A stretch of 62,969 nucleotides of DNA, counting the filler. It is 9 parts of 9 records of this genome, joined end to end, with 100 filler letters (N's around TTAATTAATTAA, not from the genome) between each part and the next. Parts side by side here need not be neighbours in the genome. Positions count along the whole stretch, not along the records: positions 39,127 to 44,427 come from SRR31147125_26181; positions 44,528 to 49,605 come from SRR31147125_26187; positions 49,706 to 56,823 come from SRR31147125_26292; 6 more parts are not named here. One strand, 5' to 3'. The notes beneath the pieces were generated by a model. It saw nothing but the letters and a program-made list of their open reading frames with translations, ran no database searches and was not told where the DNA came from. Below are positions 41,361-50,410 of the stretch, one piece after another. Both the position numbers and the translations under genes were made by a program. Positions within the stretch are counted from its first letter, which is position 1. Each line of letters begins with the position of its first letter.

Positions 41361-41638
41361 TGATTATGTATACAGAGTCTAAAATAAAAAACAAATTAAT
41401 TTCTATCACAAAAACAATTACGAATTACAAAGATATTGAGGAAAACTTCGAAAAGAATCAAAAAATAATTTTATATTTTATTATTAGCGAATCAAAAAGA
41501 GCGATCAATTTTGTTTCATTAATTGAAGATGAATTTGAAATTGATTTTGATGACGATGAACTGGATATGGAGTTTTTTTCGAGTTTCGATCATATCATCA
41601 AGTTGATAAAGACACATATCTCCAATGATCAATCATAG
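41360..41638 (+). CDS. acyl carrier protein-like
   Basis: 92 aa, acidic; ESKRAINFVSLIEDEFEI aligns to the ACP DSL..VELVMALEEEFDI helix. Confidence 0.7.
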   Translation: MIMYTESKIKNKLISITKTITNYKDIEENFEKNQKIILYFIISESKRAINFVSLIEDEFEIDFDDDELDMEFFSSFDHIIKLIKTHISNDQS

Positions 41639-41785
41639 GTTTGACATCTATGTATGAAAAAGCAAATCTGCTCTCTTATAAAGAACATAAATTTAAGGAG
41701 ATACTTAGTGAATATTATAGGAACACTCGAATCAAAGATTTAATTGTTTTGTCTGAATAAAAATAAACTATTAACTACATTTAAT

Positions 41786-43092
41786 ATGGCCAATATAATT
41801 TTTACAAATAATTGTAACATCAGCTGCCCATTTTGTTTTGCATCCGAAAATAATAAGGGAGATAGTAATACCCTGGCTAATTTTGATTTAGCTAAAACAT
41901 GGGAAATTACATCATTTTTAAATCGTAAATATTTCCGTTTTTGTGGAGGTGAGCCGACACTAAGTAAACATGTTATAGAATCATTGGATATTTTATTGAA
42001 ACACGATTATGATATTCTCTTTATGACTAATGGAATTTGGACAAAACCTTTTCGTAATTATATCAAATCCTTAAGTCCTAAACATTTGCTAAAAGTTCAT
42101 TATCTTTTTAACATACTTCATCCGTCCTTCTATAAAAATGGGGAGTTAAAAGAAATAGAAAAAACCATGTCTGTTATTCATTCTAAAAACGCAACATTGG
42201 GCATTACTATTTACAAGAATACCTTCAATTACAAATACATTCTTGAATATGCGGACAAATACAATATTGATACAATCCGGTGGAGTGTTGCTGCTCCTAA
42301 TATTTCAAATAACTTAGACTTATTAGAAATAGGTTTTGATAAAATTGCAGATATAATTTACAAACTTTCTGAAGACTGTCGGAAAAAAGAAATTGATTTA
42401 AGAAGTGACTGTAATTATATTCAACCGTGTTTTTATAATAAAGATGAACTAACGGAAATGTTGATTAGTTCAAAAATAGAATTAGGTTCTCGTGTAGAAA
42501 CAGTTCTCCTGTTGACATTGGAGCAGATGGTAGTGCTTGGAGATGCTATGGTTTATATTCAGTATTAAGAACTTCCATAAAAAAAATTTCGAATGAATCT
42601 GAATTAGAGAAATACTTTACAAGAAGGGTAAGAATCTTAAATAACTTATTACCATTCAGTGAATGTAAAGAATGTTTACATTGGCAGAATGGGTGTGATG
42701 GAGGATGTTATGTTTATCGGATAAAAAAGGCATTAAAACAGAAACCCGATCTAGTATTGTTTCCGATTGATGATAACACTGAAATTCTAAACTGTATTCC
42801 ATACATTAACAAAGCTGTTACAATTTCCAAGGAACAGGATGATTATGCAATTTTCCTTAATGACAAAGTAATTATTAATCCGGATGAGAATATGACATCT
42901 TTCCTTACAACAATTAACGGAAAGCTTAGTATTAAAAATTTGATTGAATTGTGGAAAGATAATTATTCCAATCATGATATTGCAAAAGCTGAAGTAATAA
43001 ATCAGTTTAGAGAACTTTTTGAAAAAGATATGGTTGATATAAAATATAACTACAATATTGCCCCAGAATCTCGCCCTATTTGCAAAAACTAG
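41786..43092 (+). CDS. radical SAM/SPASM maturase with C-terminal PqqD-like (RRE) domain (apparent frameshift at 42472-42476)
   Basis: CNISCPFC, GGEPT, MTNG; second frame from about 42470 reads C..DIGADG.AWRC...CKEC.....CDGGC and continues without stop into ORF 42757-43092 (INGKLSIKNLIE..EVINQFRELFEKDMV). Confidence 0.85.
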
Positions 43093-43095
43093 ATC

Positions 43096-43932
43096 ATGGT
43101 TAAAATTTGCATTATATCTTGGGGAGGTATTGGAGATGCTATTTGCGTTACTCCCAGCATCAGGGCTTTAAAACATAAATATAGCAATTCAATTATAGTA
43201 TTAATACACCCCTCCTTACATTTCCCAATTTACAAAAACAATCCGTTTATTGACTATCTGTATGATAAAGAATCTCTTACGGCAAAATTAATGATTAAGG
43301 ATTACAACTATTTTGATGTTGTATATAATACTATTGATTGTAATCTCATATCTGATAAAAAGATGAAAAAAGAGATTATCGGAGAGAAGCTAAATGTTGA
43401 TGTCAAACAATTAAATAACGAAATCTTTTTGGAAGATGAAGAACTGGAGTATGCAAAAAATATAGTTGCAGAATATAATAATCCCATCCAATTTCACCCA
43501 TTTTCAAAAGGAAATGAAAAGAAAAATTGGTTTATAAACAGATGGCAAGACTTAATTAAGCGTAATAATCAGTTTTCATTTCTTCAAGTTGGATTGGCAG
43601 ATGAAACATATATTTCTGGTTGTATCGATCTAAGAGGAAAGCTCAGTGTCAGGGAATCAATTGCACTTCAAAAATATTGTAAGTTATTTATTGGTATAGA
43701 TTCTTTTCTGAATCATGCTACAAATTTTACTCGAACCAAAGGTGTCATAATTTTTGGTCGTTCACGCCCCAAAATATGGGGATATAAAGAAAATGTAAAT
43801 ATTAGTACTGATAATTGTTATTGTGGCACAATACATCAATGCAATAAAAATTTCCAATGTTTAAATGAAATAACTGTAAATGAAGTTGATCGTTGCCTAA
43901 AACAAGCATTTTCGGAAGCAAATAATAAATAA
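43096..43932 (+). CDS. glycosyltransferase family 9 protein
   Basis: GGIGDAIC.TP.IRALK, NNPFID, K.W..W, DLRGKLS, FIGIDS..NH, IFG. Confidence 0.88.
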   Translation: MVKICIISWGGIGDAICVTPSIRALKHKYSNSIIVLIHPSLHFPIYKNNPFIDYLYDKESLTAKLMIKDYNYFDVVYNTIDCNLISDKKMKKEIIGEKLNVDVKQLNNEIFLEDEELEYAKNIVAEYNNPIQFHPFSKGNEKKNWFINRWQDLIKRNNQFSFLQVGLADETYISGCIDLRGKLSVRESIALQKYCKLFIGIDSFLNHATNFTRTKGVIIFGRSRPKIWGYKENVNISTDNCYCGTIHQCNKNFQCLNEITVNEVDRCLKQAFSEANNK

Positions 43933-44427
43933 CGTCAGTTCGTTCTAAACGAAGTTGCAAACATGGTTTTCATTAACAATTTCTTCCAGGTTGAGTTTTG
44001 GTTTCTTATCTAAAATGGAATAGGCAATTAAACCGGAGAGTAGATTGGTTAGAAAGTTTTCAAAGCTACGGTGCCTGGTATGTTCGACTTGACAAATGTT
44101 TTTCAATTCATCATTAACTGTTTAAACCAAAGCCCTTTTGCGAAGCAGTATTTTATCCTGAAGCAGCATCAGTGAGTTCTTCATGTTTTTGCGGATTTTG
44201 GTAATCAGGTGAATAGTATCGATAAATAATCCATCAAATAAGGAATTCGATATATACTTTTTATCACCAATTAGTTTCCCAAAGATTTTATCAGGAAAGT
44301 TTTTGTTTTTCAGCGGTTCCCGGTCGTCAACATTGCCCTGGGTAAACAGAAAATCGAGTATTTCCCCTTTAACCTTGATTACAATGTGTAGTTTGAAATC
44401 GAAGAACCACCCCATTGAGCATTGGTC
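43931..44427 (-). mobile_element. IS982-family element, right end, transposase with premature stop
   Basis: [44 protein letters not shown]; in-frame TAA 44122-44124, natural stop 43945-43947; probable terminal CGAACTGACGTT at 43931-43942. Confidence 0.88.
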
Positions 44428-44527
44428 NNNNNNNNNNNNNNNNNNNNNNNNNNNNNNNNNNNNNNNNNNNNTTAATTAATTAANNNNNNNNNNNNNNNNN
44501 NNNNNNNNNNNNNNNNNNNNNNNNNNN
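44428..44527. other. artificial contig spacer
   Basis: N-run, TTAATTAATTAA, N-run. Confidence 0.99.
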
Positions 44528-44556
44528 TTGGAAAACAACACAAGTTTGGTACTTAC

Positions 44557-44814
44557 ATGTATGGGGGAATAAATGCTGATGGTTATATAATCGACTATAC
44601 CCTATCAAACGGAACACAAGTACAGTTTATAGATGTGCTAATAGACTATGGGAAATGCTTATATTTTAGCGTTACAACATTTAGCACTGTAGGTTATGGT
44701 AATTATTTACCAATAGGTATAGTAAGTATGACAGTATCAGCTATTCATATGATTTTAGGCATTAGCTTATGTGCTCTATGGACAGGTTGTATTTTCAGGA
44801 AAATAATAAGATGA
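44557..44814 (+). CDS. potassium-channel (Ion_trans_2) domain protein, C-terminal part
   Basis: LYFSVTTFSTVGYG pore signature followed by a TM helix. Confidence 0.8.
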   Translation: MYGGINADGYIIDYTLSNGTQVQFIDVLIDYGKCLYFSVTTFSTVGYGNYLPIGIVSMTVSAIHMILGISLCALWTGCIFRKIIR

Positions 44815-45009
44815 CATATTAAATGTCTAGAGTCTGTTTACAGTCTAATAGATATAAATTGCGAAGTTGTAGTATGGACATGTGCACTAGTTATTAAAGA
44901 ATAACAACTAATAAAACTAAGTTAATTAGTATTATTCTTGAGATTATGAAAAAGCAAATTTTTATGATAGAATGTATATAATATTATGTAGATATATGAG
45001 GTAGGCAGT

Positions 45010-45998
45010 GTGCGAAAAAGAATGCTAGATCAAATATCATTTATTTTGGAGCTTTTTCATCTAAACTTAAAATTAATGCTAAAAATAATATCTTAGATGA
45101 TAATGTTTTTTCAGAGTTCTTTATAAGAGATTTATTTAACTTGCTATACAATACTAAATATGAAAATGCAAACACTGGTACAATAAATATTGAAGGTATA
45201 GATTTAATTGATGAAGAATCAAAAATCGTAATGCAGGTTACATCAGATAAAAGAAAAAGTAAAATCGATAAAACAGTAGGAATCGTTGAAGAAAAATATC
45301 AAGGATATCGACTTAAGTTTATGATACTGACGGAGGAATGTGATAGCATAAAAAAACACGATTATCATTTAACTAACAACTATTTTGATCCTAAATCTGA
45401 TATTATTAATTTTACTGATGTATTATCTGTGATTATGGATAATACAATTAATATAGTAAAAGAATGTTATGTATTAATTAAAGAAGAATTAATTAACTTC
45501 GAATTATATGAAGAAAACAGTACACATGTATCTCAAATAATAAAATTATTATCATCAAATGGCGGAATGGAGTCTAAAGAAAAAAAGAAGTCATTTAAAA
45601 TTGAGAGTAAAATTAAACATAATAAGTTGAAACATAGCAAATTAATTATTGAAAAATTTCGTTCTGCAGCTGTTGATATTGACACAATATACGATATATA
45701 CGATTCGCAAGGTAAAAACTCATCAAAATATGTGTTTGCTAAAGTGCATTCATTTTATGCAGAATCATTAAGAGAATGTGAATCGGAAACAATGAATACT
45801 AAATCAACTTTTAGCTATGAAGATTTTGTTTTCGAGAGCGTTATTGATAAACTAACCATGTACATAAAAGAAAACAGAGAATGCTTGTCCATTCCACCCG
45901 ATGAGTTAGATTACAATATAAGAATAATTGTTATAAACGCATTTTTTAGATGCGAAATTTTCGAGAATCCGGAGGGATATAATTATGATAATGCCTAA
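45010..45998 (+). CDS. SMEK-domain effector with ABC-3C C-terminal domain (LmuA-like); apparent frameshift at 45053-45057
   Basis: GAGG RBS and GTG 45010; SEFFIRDLFNLLY..NAN..IDLID..MQVTS; C-terminal KIKHNKL..AFFRCEIFENP. Confidence 0.78.
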
Positions 45999-46215
45999 TA
46001 ATATTGCCCCTCAAAATACCATATACTATAATGCCAGCCATATCATCAAGGAACTTAATGAAAATTTAAGTTCTCAAGATATTCTACTCTTATATGATAA
46101 TATAACAATAGAAAATGAGTTATCATTTAAGCTATATTTATTATGCTTAGATTGGTTATTCTTAATTGATGCAATACAGGTAAATGAGATAGGAGTTATC
46201 AGCTTATGTATTTAG
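45985..46215 (+). CDS. ABC-three-component middle component (LmuC-like)
   Basis: MIMPNNIAPQNTIYYN..LYLLCLDWLFLIDAI; overlaps both neighbours. Confidence 0.75.
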   Translation: MIMPNNIAPQNTIYYNASHIIKELNENLSSQDILLLYDNITIENELSFKLYLLCLDWLFLIDAIQVNEIGVISLCI

Positions 46216-47927
46216 ACAAATTAAAAATATATAATGATGAAAAGATTATAAGAGATATACCTTTTAAATCTGGATTGAATATGATTTTAGATAGCACCGA
46301 TAGTAGCCAATTGACTGATACTGGTAACAATATTGGAAAAACTACTGTATTAAGTGTTATAGATTATTGTCTGGGAGGGGTAGAAAAAAATATCTATGTC
46401 GACCATGAAACTAAAAAAGATTATGTCATGGTTAAGAATTTCCTAAAAGAAAAAGAAATAATTATTGAGTTATCGTTAATAAATGATAGGGATGAAAAAA
46501 TTACATTAAAGCGAAACTTTCTTTCAGGTAAGAAAAAAATAATGAGTATAAATTCTAATGAATATACAAACATAGATAATTATAAAAGTGATTTAAAAAA
46601 AATATTATTTCCTTCTTTCAAGGAATCTAAACCCACTTTCAAACAACTTAAAGCAGGAAATTTAAGGTACAAGCCAGAAAGAATAAATAATACAATTAAG
46701 TATCTGAATCAGAATACTACGTCGTTTGAATATGAAGTACTTATTCTATCTTTACTAGGTATGCCAATCGAATCTGCTATAGATAAAGAAAAATTAAAGA
46801 AAGATATGGGAAAAGAAAAGGATTTTGCGAATAAACTGCAATTAAGCAGAAAAAAGAATGAATATGAAAGTTTACTTAGAGCTGTAAACAATGAAATCTC
46901 TCAATTAGAAGAAGACAAACAAAAACTGGAAATAGACAATGATATTGCAAAAAATATTGAAGCTTTAAATTATTGTAAATATCAACTTGCTAAAAAAAGA
47001 AGATCGTTTACAAATACTGATTTAAAATTGAACTTAATAAATGACTCAATAAATGCATTAAGTGAACAAAAATCAAATATTGATATCAATGAACTAAAAT
47101 TCTTGTATGATGAAACAATAAAACTAGATATTAAAGTTTCAAAAACATTCGAGGACTTATTTGTATTTCATAACGAAATGATTCAAAACAAACGAACATA
47201 TTTAGAAAAGGAAATTCCTATATTAAAAGATAAGCTCTTAGAGCTGGGAAAAGAAATAGAACTACTATCTAAAGAGGAAAGAGATTTGACCGCTATAACT
47301 GTTAATAGTGTTAGTGTGTTTAATCTTGAAGAAATTATAGAGAAGCTTACTATACGATACAAGGATAAGGGAGAGTATGAAACTTATATAAAAGAGATAG
47401 AAGGCGCGGAGAAAAAAATAGAGAACTATTCGAGCCAACTTGACTTACTTAATAAAGATTTGCATTCTGAAGAATATAAGATTCAGTTAAAAAATAGAAT
47501 TGACTCATTTAATGATTTTTACAATGACATTTCTGAAACGCTTTATAATGAAAAGTTCTTTTTAACGTTCGAAACATCAATAGATAAAAAAAGCCAAAAG
47601 TCTTATTATAAATTTCAAACTTTTAATGAAAACTTTGGTAATGGTAAAAAGCAAGGTGAAATAACAGCATTTGACATAGCTTATATACTGTTTTGTAGAG
47701 CTCATAATATAAGCACGCTAGATTTCATACTAAACGATCAAAAAGAATTGATGCATGTCAATCAGTTAGAAAAACTTTCGGAATTATTGTTTGATTATAA
47801 CATCCAAGTTGTTATCTCGATATTATCAGATAAGTTGTCACCTAAGCTATTGCAATCAAATTCCGACATTTTAACGTTAAGTGAAAATGACAAACTATTT
47901 AGAATTGAGAGTTATTCAAGTATCTAA
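46206..47927 (+). CDS. DUF2326-type SMC-like ABC ATPase (LmuB-like)
   Basis: GLNMI..GNNIGKTT Walker A, central coiled coil, GNGKKQGEITAFD signature, FILNDQKE Walker B. Confidence 0.82.
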   Translation: MYLDKLKIYNDEKIIRDIPFKSGLNMILDSTDSSQLTDTGNNIGKTTVLSVIDYCLGGVEKNIYVDHETKKDYVMVKNFLKEKEIIIELSLINDRDEKITLKRNFLSGKKKIMSINSNEYTNIDNYKSDLKKILFPSFKESKPTFKQLKAGNLRYKPERINNTIKYLNQNTTSFEYEVLILSLLGMPIESAIDKEKLKKDMGKEKDFANKLQLSRKKNEYESLLRAVNNEISQLEEDKQKLEIDNDIAKNIEALNYCKYQLAKKRRSFTNTDLKLNLINDSINALSEQKSNIDINELKFLYDETIKLDIKVSKTFEDLFVFHNEMIQNKRTYLEKEIPILKDKLLELGKEIELLSKEERDLTAITVNSVSVFNLEEIIEKLTIRYKDKGEYETYIKEIEGAEKKIENYSSQLDLLNKDLHSEEYKIQLKNRIDSFNDFYNDISETLYNEKFFLTFETSIDKKSQKSYYKFQTFNENFGNGKKQGEITAFDIAYILFCRAHNISTLDFILNDQKELMHVNQLEKLSELLFDYNIQVVISILSDKLSPKLLQSNSDILTLSENDKLFRIESYSSI

Positions 47928-48222
47928 ATATAAAATCTTGAAACGAGGACAGTAACCTGTATTTTGTACAAACTAAGACAACTGTTCGTAAAAGCTGGAT
48001 TTCGAATAGTTAGCCTTTTACCACGCAAGAACTAATATAATAGCACTATCCATTCCTCAAGTGTTGTACTTCAAGAACAATACAGATTATGATTCTGGTT
48101 TTTATTCGGCTGAATTAATTCTAATAAATACGACGGGGGCAAATCTCCCCTCGCGTCACGATTTGTCGCTTCCATTTTTGCACTCATTAATTCCGCGCAC
48201 ATGCACTATTTATTAGAATAAA

Positions 48223-49171
48223 TTAAGCTATATTTTCTTTCCTTCTATAGTATTCATTTACGGCATGTAACAACTGTTTGTTAAGTCCATACTCATTTTC
48301 ATTTATAATATTTACACCGAAGCAATATAATATATCGCTCATTGCATCCCCCTCTGTTTCTTCTAACTCTTGTAATATTGAACTTCTTACAATTAACTGA
48401 CAATTCATTGGTACTTTTAATACATCAATTATCTTCTTTCTTTTCAATCTTTCAAAACATTTATTAACATATGAATTATCAATACATACTCTATTTTCAT
48501 CTATAAATAATCTGTTTGATTCAGGGCACTTTTTCTTTCTATATTCAAGATAATGCTTGATTTTTGCTGCAAAAGCATCACTAATCGTTATCCATTTCTT
48601 TGCTGTACCGTTTTTATAACTGTGTAAATTATATATTCTATTAGCCGTTAAATCAATGTGGCTAGTGGTTAAGTCTATAATATCACTTTGTCCAAAATTG
48701 CAGTAATACGCTAAACCACATATTATTGGTGTTACTATTTTCAATTCTTTATCAATGGGCTTAAGTATCTTAATAGTATATTCTTCATTCATTAAATACT
48801 TCAATTGTTCCGAAGATAGAAAATTATCTATCAGTTCTTTTTTCTTACGTATTTTAGCATTCTCTAAATTGGTTAAGCATTTCTCTTTTAAATTAGCATC
48901 AAAGATATTGTTATCGTATTTATCATATAGAAAAGCAATATAATTGCTAATCACTGTATCAGCAGTACTGCCTTTTTCTACTAAGCAGATATGCTGATAA
49001 TCTTTTTTCAGAAAAAAATGCTTCAAAATCTTCTACGTGTACTTTCCTGAAAACATAATTCTTTAAATAAAAGTTCAAATCACTTTCATACTGTTTAGTC
49101 AAAGAACTTTTCTGATCTACCTCTATGTTCTGTTCGTTATAGTATTCTAACTTCTTCAAATCATTAATCAT
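48223..49171 (-). CDS. tyrosine-recombinase-like protein with degenerate catalytic residues (frameshift near 49005-49020)
   Basis: About 315 aa if joined; IIDL...IDL, YLEYR, RLFI, VNKCF box pattern, but R/HxxR/H positions appear substituted. Confidence 0.55.
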
Positions 49172-49327
49172 ATAAATATCTTTCCTCATTCTTTCTTTTG
49201 TATTTCAAAGTCCGTTACGTTCACTAATTCTTTCTTACCTTTTATTTTTATTAACTCAACTCCTCTCTTATACATTTTCTTTAAATATTTAATATCTCCT
49301 TTCCATATCAAGAATTTTAAATAATCC

Positions 49328-49356
49328 TTGACAATAATAATTAAATCATTTATAAT
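49328..49356 (+). promoter_or_regulatory. perfect sigmaA/sigma70 promoter
   Basis: TTGACA-17 nt-TATAAT. Confidence 0.8.
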
Positions 49357-49412
49357 AAAACTAAGGTTTTACTAGATAGTGGGGTACTAGGCTTTTTTCT
49401 ACTAATGCCCTT

Positions 49413-49441
49413 ACTGTACTATACTATTTAATTTTTGTCAA
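49413..49441 (-). promoter_or_regulatory. sigmaA promoter facing the recombinase-like gene
   Basis: TTGACA-17 nt-TACAGT on minus strand. Confidence 0.55.
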
Positions 49442-49481
49442 GGGGTTTTTATAACCTTTTTTTATTTTATACACATTAACT

Positions 49482-49604
49482 TTATTCTGAATAGTTATTT
49501 GCTAACCTGTAAAAAGCATTCCGTTTTAACCCCATTCTCTCCATTGCCTCTTTTGCAGTTATCTCTTTCTTGTAATGCCATAACTCATACACTTCTTCCC
49601 AGTT
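49482..49604 (-). CDS. C-terminal HTH of a serine recombinase/resolvase (5'-truncated)
   Basis: NWEEVYELWHYKKEITAKEAMERMGLKRNAFYRLANNYSE*. Confidence 0.7.
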   Translation of the reverse strand, partial: NWEEVYELWHYKKEITAKEAMERMGLKRNAFYRLANNYSE

Positions 49605-49605
49605 A

Positions 49606-49705
49606 NNNNNNNNNNNNNNNNNNNNNNNNNNNNNNNNNNNNNNNNNNNNTTAATTAATTAANNNNNNNNNNNNNNNNNNNNNNNNNNNNNNNNNNNNNNN
49701 NNNNN
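49606..49705. other. artificial contig spacer
   Basis: N-run, TTAATTAATTAA, N-run. Confidence 0.99.
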
Positions 49706-49706
49706 A

Positions 49707-49973
49707 AAAATTGCCCCGGTTCCAAAATGGAAAATTCAGGAAGCACTGGCTGCCCTAATCGACAAAGATGTTGATTTGGTTGACCTAAAAGATGCAAGTG
49801 TAGTTTTACGTAAAGAAGTGGTTGAAAAAGGCAAACTTATTTTTTCGTCGGATAAATACAAAACCGAATCGTTTGAGATGACAACCCTTTCGATGTATAT
49901 TGATTTAAACGAAACCCGAAAACATATTTTAAACGATTACCAGAAGCGTTATGGACGAAATCTTAATAAATAA
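49707..49973 (+). CDS. mntA: MntA-type nucleotidyltransferase antitoxin (5'-truncated)
   Basis: LAAL..KDVDLVDL..AS..L..EV..G, SMY.DLNE.R; overlaps HEPN gene. Confidence 0.8.
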   Translation, partial: KIAPVPKWKIQEALAALIDKDVDLVDLKDASVVLRKEVVEKGKLIFSSDKYKTESFEMTTLSMYIDLNETRKHILNDYQKRYGRNLNK

Positions 49974-50349
49974 AAGTACCACAATCAACAGGTGTCTTAA
50001 ACGAATAGAAGAAGATTTCCAAGGTGATTTTCGAACCAACTATACCAAACAAGATGCGGTAATAATGAATATTGAACGTGCTTGCCAGGCAGCTCTTGAT
50101 ATGGCAACACACACTATCAGTATTAAAAATCTGGGAATACCTCAAAGCCACCGCGATGCTTTTGACAAACTAGAAAAGAACCGCATCATTCCAAAAACAT
50201 TATCCGATAACCTAAAATCTATGGCAGGATTCAGAAATATTGCCGTTCACGATTACAGTTCATTAAACATTGATGTTGTTATTAATATAATCGAAAATTA
50301 TTTGTCTGACTTAAAAGAATTCGCGCAAATCATCCTCAGCTACGAGTAA
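49951..50349 (+). CDS. hepT: HepT/DUF86 HEPN RNase toxin
   Basis: QDAV..N.ERACQA..D, GFRNIAVHDY (RX4HXY). Confidence 0.9.
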   Translation: MDEILINKSTTINRCLKRIEEDFQGDFRTNYTKQDAVIMNIERACQAALDMATHTISIKNLGIPQSHRDAFDKLEKNRIIPKTLSDNLKSMAGFRNIAVHDYSSLNIDVVINIIENYLSDLKEFAQIILSYE

Positions 50350-50365
50350 AAATTAGATACTACTC

Positions 50366-50404
50366 TTTATGCGCTAAAAAGTTCAAAACTTCTAAGCGCA
50401 TAAA
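50366..50404. terminator. bidirectional terminator between convergent genes
   Basis: TTTATGCGCT...AGCGCATAAA inverted repeat. Confidence 0.7.
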
Positions 50405-50410
50405 AACAGA

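Noticed and set aside
41650-41760. 36-aa ORF MYEKANLLSYKEHKFKEILSEYYRNTRIKDLIVLSE between the ACP-like and rSAM genes
   Set aside because: Lacks the Lys-rich leader and DDDxLF motif; could be chance or a frameshifted remnant; too little support as a third precursor
39127-47927. Apparent linkage of the RiPP cluster with the K+-channel/Lamassu-like genes, or with cutC/ThuA
   Set aside because: Separated by contig spacers and from apparently different organisms; adjacency is meaningless
48126-48160. GC-rich hairpin (GGGG..CCCC) between the LmuB-like and recombinase-like genes
   Set aside because: Imperfect stem without a clear U-tail; probably a terminator but too weak to call
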